This document shows positions 10,472-12,755 of a DNA stretch of 12,755 nucleotides, one piece after another. How positions within the stretch are numbered: position 1 is the stretch's first letter; the number at the start of each line of letters is the position of its first letter. The translations under genes were made by a program, and so were the position numbers. Under the pieces are notes generated by a model. It was given only the letters and a program-made list of their open reading frames with translations. It was not told the DNA's origin and did no database searches. The stretch is taken from NCBI GenBank assembly GCA_964035545.1, contig CAXIUT010000285.1:1-12755 (forward strand), written 5' to 3'. The DNA comes from Bugula neritina. Its lineage: Eukaryota > Animalia > Bryozoa.

Positions 10472-11292
10472 ATGAGTAATCGAAGTAGTCTTGAGAGTCT
10501 TTGTGTATAGGCATTTTAAAGGAGAATGTAGGGAATTGAATATCAGCAAGTTATGCACAACTATGACTTTAGTCTATCTTTTCTGATGTAGGTTTTTTGA
10601 GTATTTAAACTAAATCGATCAAAGAACTGTTTTAGCTGATTAAGTAGAAAGAAAACGAAACTTTTATTTTTCATTTCATTTAGTTCAACTTTTGTAATAT
10701 TGTTGCCACAAAGAATATAAGAACATCAAACTTGAAGGATGCAAGCATCTAACACTGTCTAATTTTGAGAATATTCAAAGACTTTATTTATGTTAGAAGG
10801 GATTAAAGTAGAAGGAAACAATGTCGGAGAAAAGGGCTGCAGAGAAATATCGAAAAACTCTTGGGCGTATTTGTAGTTCATGGACCTTTGTAAAAAAAAT
10901 ATGATTTAGCCAACAACAACATCAATGATAAAGGCTGCAAACATCTGACCAAGACCAGTTGGAAGAATTTGAGAAGATTTTATTTGAGTACTAGTATATT
11001 AACAATAGGAAGTAATAAAATTAACTTGAGAGGGTGTCACGATTTGATTCATTCGGGTTGGAGCAAACTTGAACAAGTGTCTCTGAGTAAAACCTTATAA
11101 AATAGACAACAATAAAATTGGAGATGAAGAGTGTCGAGTACTGTCAAAGGTTTAGTGGTTGAAGCTCAAATCTTTATAGCTGTGTAGATTAATACTGATA
11201 TAGTTTAAAATTCAATAAGCTAGAAAGGATATAGATGTTTATCGAATAGAGATTGGGATCTCTACTTGGATTTGTCAGTAGATACATCTTGA
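10472..11292 (+). CDS. Leucine-rich-repeat protein (26-aa repeats), ~226 aa, tandem paralogue of the previous gene
   Basis: Seven phase-1 introns: 10572-10591, 10694-10713, 10792-10811, 10890-10909, 10988-11008, 11087-11105, 11184-11203. Five internal exons are exactly 78 nt (e.g. NNNINDKGCKHLTKTSWKNLRRFYL). Spliced length is 681 nt, ending in TGA at 11290-11292. Confidence 0.88.
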
Positions 11293-11362
11293 TCTGAATA
11301 ATACTTTAAATATAGTTTAAATTCAATAAGCTAGAAAGGATATAGATCTTTATCGAATAGAG
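11198..11362 (+). repeat. Direct repeat of ~54 nt (11198-11251 and 11310-11362): last splice acceptor plus start of the last LRR exon
   Basis: atatagtttaaa(a)ttcaataagctagaaaggatatagat(g/c)tttatcgaatagag occurs twice, with one indel and one substitution. The second copy runs into the telomere tract. Confidence 0.92.
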
Positions 11363-11430
11363 GGGTTGGGGTTGGGGTTGGGGTTGGGGTTGGGGTTGGG
11401 GTTGGGGTTGGGTTGGGTTGGGGTTGGGGT
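11362..11430 (+). repeat. Internal telomeric tract (GGGGTT)n with two TTGGG variant units
   Basis: 69 nt; 3-G units at 11410-11412 and 11415-11417; ends in ggggt, followed by cgaatatac. Confidence 0.97.
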
Positions 11431-12668
11431 CGAATATACATTTTAGTGAGTTGAATTATGATCTTAAATATGAATAGAGTTAAAAGATAATTTTATTTTA
11501 ATGATCTACAAGTCATAATGTAGTTTCTCTAATTAAAAATGTAAAAATAGATGATTTCATTATCACTTTTTGGGATATTGATTTTTTTTAGGAGAGTTTT
11601 TTCAATAAAAACTTTACCCTGGAAGCCTGTTCGAGATTTTTTAGTTTCAATATCAAGTTATAATCTTTAAGTAGCATATTTCCACAGAGAATACATATTT
11701 TAATTCATCTTTTCCTGACACTTCTTTTTTACAGTCAGATTTCTACAAGTAAAATTGACAATAGTTGCAATATTATCACAAAGAAGGCATTACAGCTATG
11801 ATTATTATAAAAATCATCATTCAGTCCAGATACAATGGAAAGACTGTAATCTAAATATTGTGTCAATTCATTAATCAAATAAATACTTAGACATAATTAA
11901 AATGGGTATTCTTCTAAAAATATTTTCTAAATAGAATATTAAAAAGAAAAATATTAACAGTTATCAATCAATTAATGCTAAAAATTCTTATTCCCATACA
12001 AATTTAGATATTTTTTAATTAAAGATATCTATCAAAGAAGTATTTAATAAAAATAATAATTATAAATCAAGTTTAATCTTTAAAAACTGAAAATAGCAGG
12101 ATAAGAACTATCAGAGCTTCTTTTTTAGTTTGGTAAAAAATATTTTTATCAATAAAATAATTATTTTATATCCATTCAGTATTATAAGTGGTCTTTCTAC
12201 TTGCGACCAAGTTAATAACGTTATTATACTATCTAAAAACTCTTATTACTGATAAAGTACTAAAATTAAAAATAATTCTTTCATTTAATCAAAGAAGATG
12301 AGATTTTATAAAAAAACATGATCTAATATTCAAAAAAGTTGTCCGAATTATGATAGTATATCCCTAATTATTTATCAATATTAGCATCATTGAAGTAATT
12401 ATAGCCTTATGCTAACAAAAACATTGAATATTTTATTGGAAAAAGAAAAAGAAAATATATTCAATGCAAAAAAAAAATGAGGTAATATCTTTTTTATGAG
12501 AATAAATTTGTTATTACTGAAAGAAAAGATCAAAAGAAGAACAAATAAGTCACTGATAACAGAAATAATCAAAGTAGAAACTATTGAGTCACTAGTTCAT
12601 GGATGATTAATTATCTTTTATAGAAATAAAAAGAAAAATTTATTTAACTTTAATATTTTAACCTATTA

Positions 12669-12755
12669 GGGGTTGGGGTTGGGGTTGGGGTTGGGGTTGG
12701 GGTTGGGGTTGGGGTTGGGGTTGGGGTTGGGGTTGGGGTTGGGGTTGGGGTTGGG
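12669..12755 (+). repeat. Right terminal telomere (GGGGTT)n
   Basis: 87 nt of perfect G4T2 repeats to the end of the window. Confidence 0.98.

Noticed and set aside
9739-11203. CRISPR-like or satellite periodicity of ~100 nt
   Set aside because: Explained by LRR exon (78/81 nt) plus micro-intron units; there is no conserved nucleotide repeat.
12589-12600. ATG 68 nt from the terminal telomere on the minus strand
   Set aside because: It reads ATG AAC TAG TGA, and no ~20-nt intron rescues it.
1-12755. Standard ciliate code (UAR=Gln) and a Tetrahymena source suggested by C4A2 telomeres
   Set aside because: UAR codons align with acidic positions, introns are ~20 nt, and the chromosome is only ~6.7 kb. 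I also saw no Tetrahymena Cbs (TAAACCAACCTCTTT); the closest, taaaccaaattt near 635, diverges and lies in a CDS.

Overview
This is AT-rich ciliate macronuclear DNA with (TTGGGG)n/(CCCCAA)n telomeres, 19-21-nt GT-AG introns and TGA as the only stop codon. In-frame TAA/TAG codons fall at positions where the protein family or paralogous repeats have Glu/Asp, which points to the peritrich-type code (UAR=Glu, table 30) rather than the usual ciliate UAR=Gln. The supplied standard-code ORF track is therefore fragmentary. Bases 1-6683 are a complete telomere-to-telomere minichromosome carrying four genes: a secreted BPI/LBP-like protein, a WDR60/DYNC2I1-like dynein-2 intermediate chain, phytanoyl-CoA dioxygenase, and a K/E-rich hypothetical protein. 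Three further arms follow head-to-tail (6684-7548, 7549-11430, 11431-12755), each ending in a G-strand telomere tract but lacking a left C-strand telomere. They carry a gene broken off at the junction, an S10 serine-carboxypeptidase homologue that has lost its catalytic Ser and His, two tandem LRR genes built of one-repeat-per-exon phase-1 modules, and an apparently gene-free arm. The sequence alone cannot show whether this polar telomere-to-internal concatenation is biological or a library/assembly chimera. All translations and family assignments were made by eye, without database searches.
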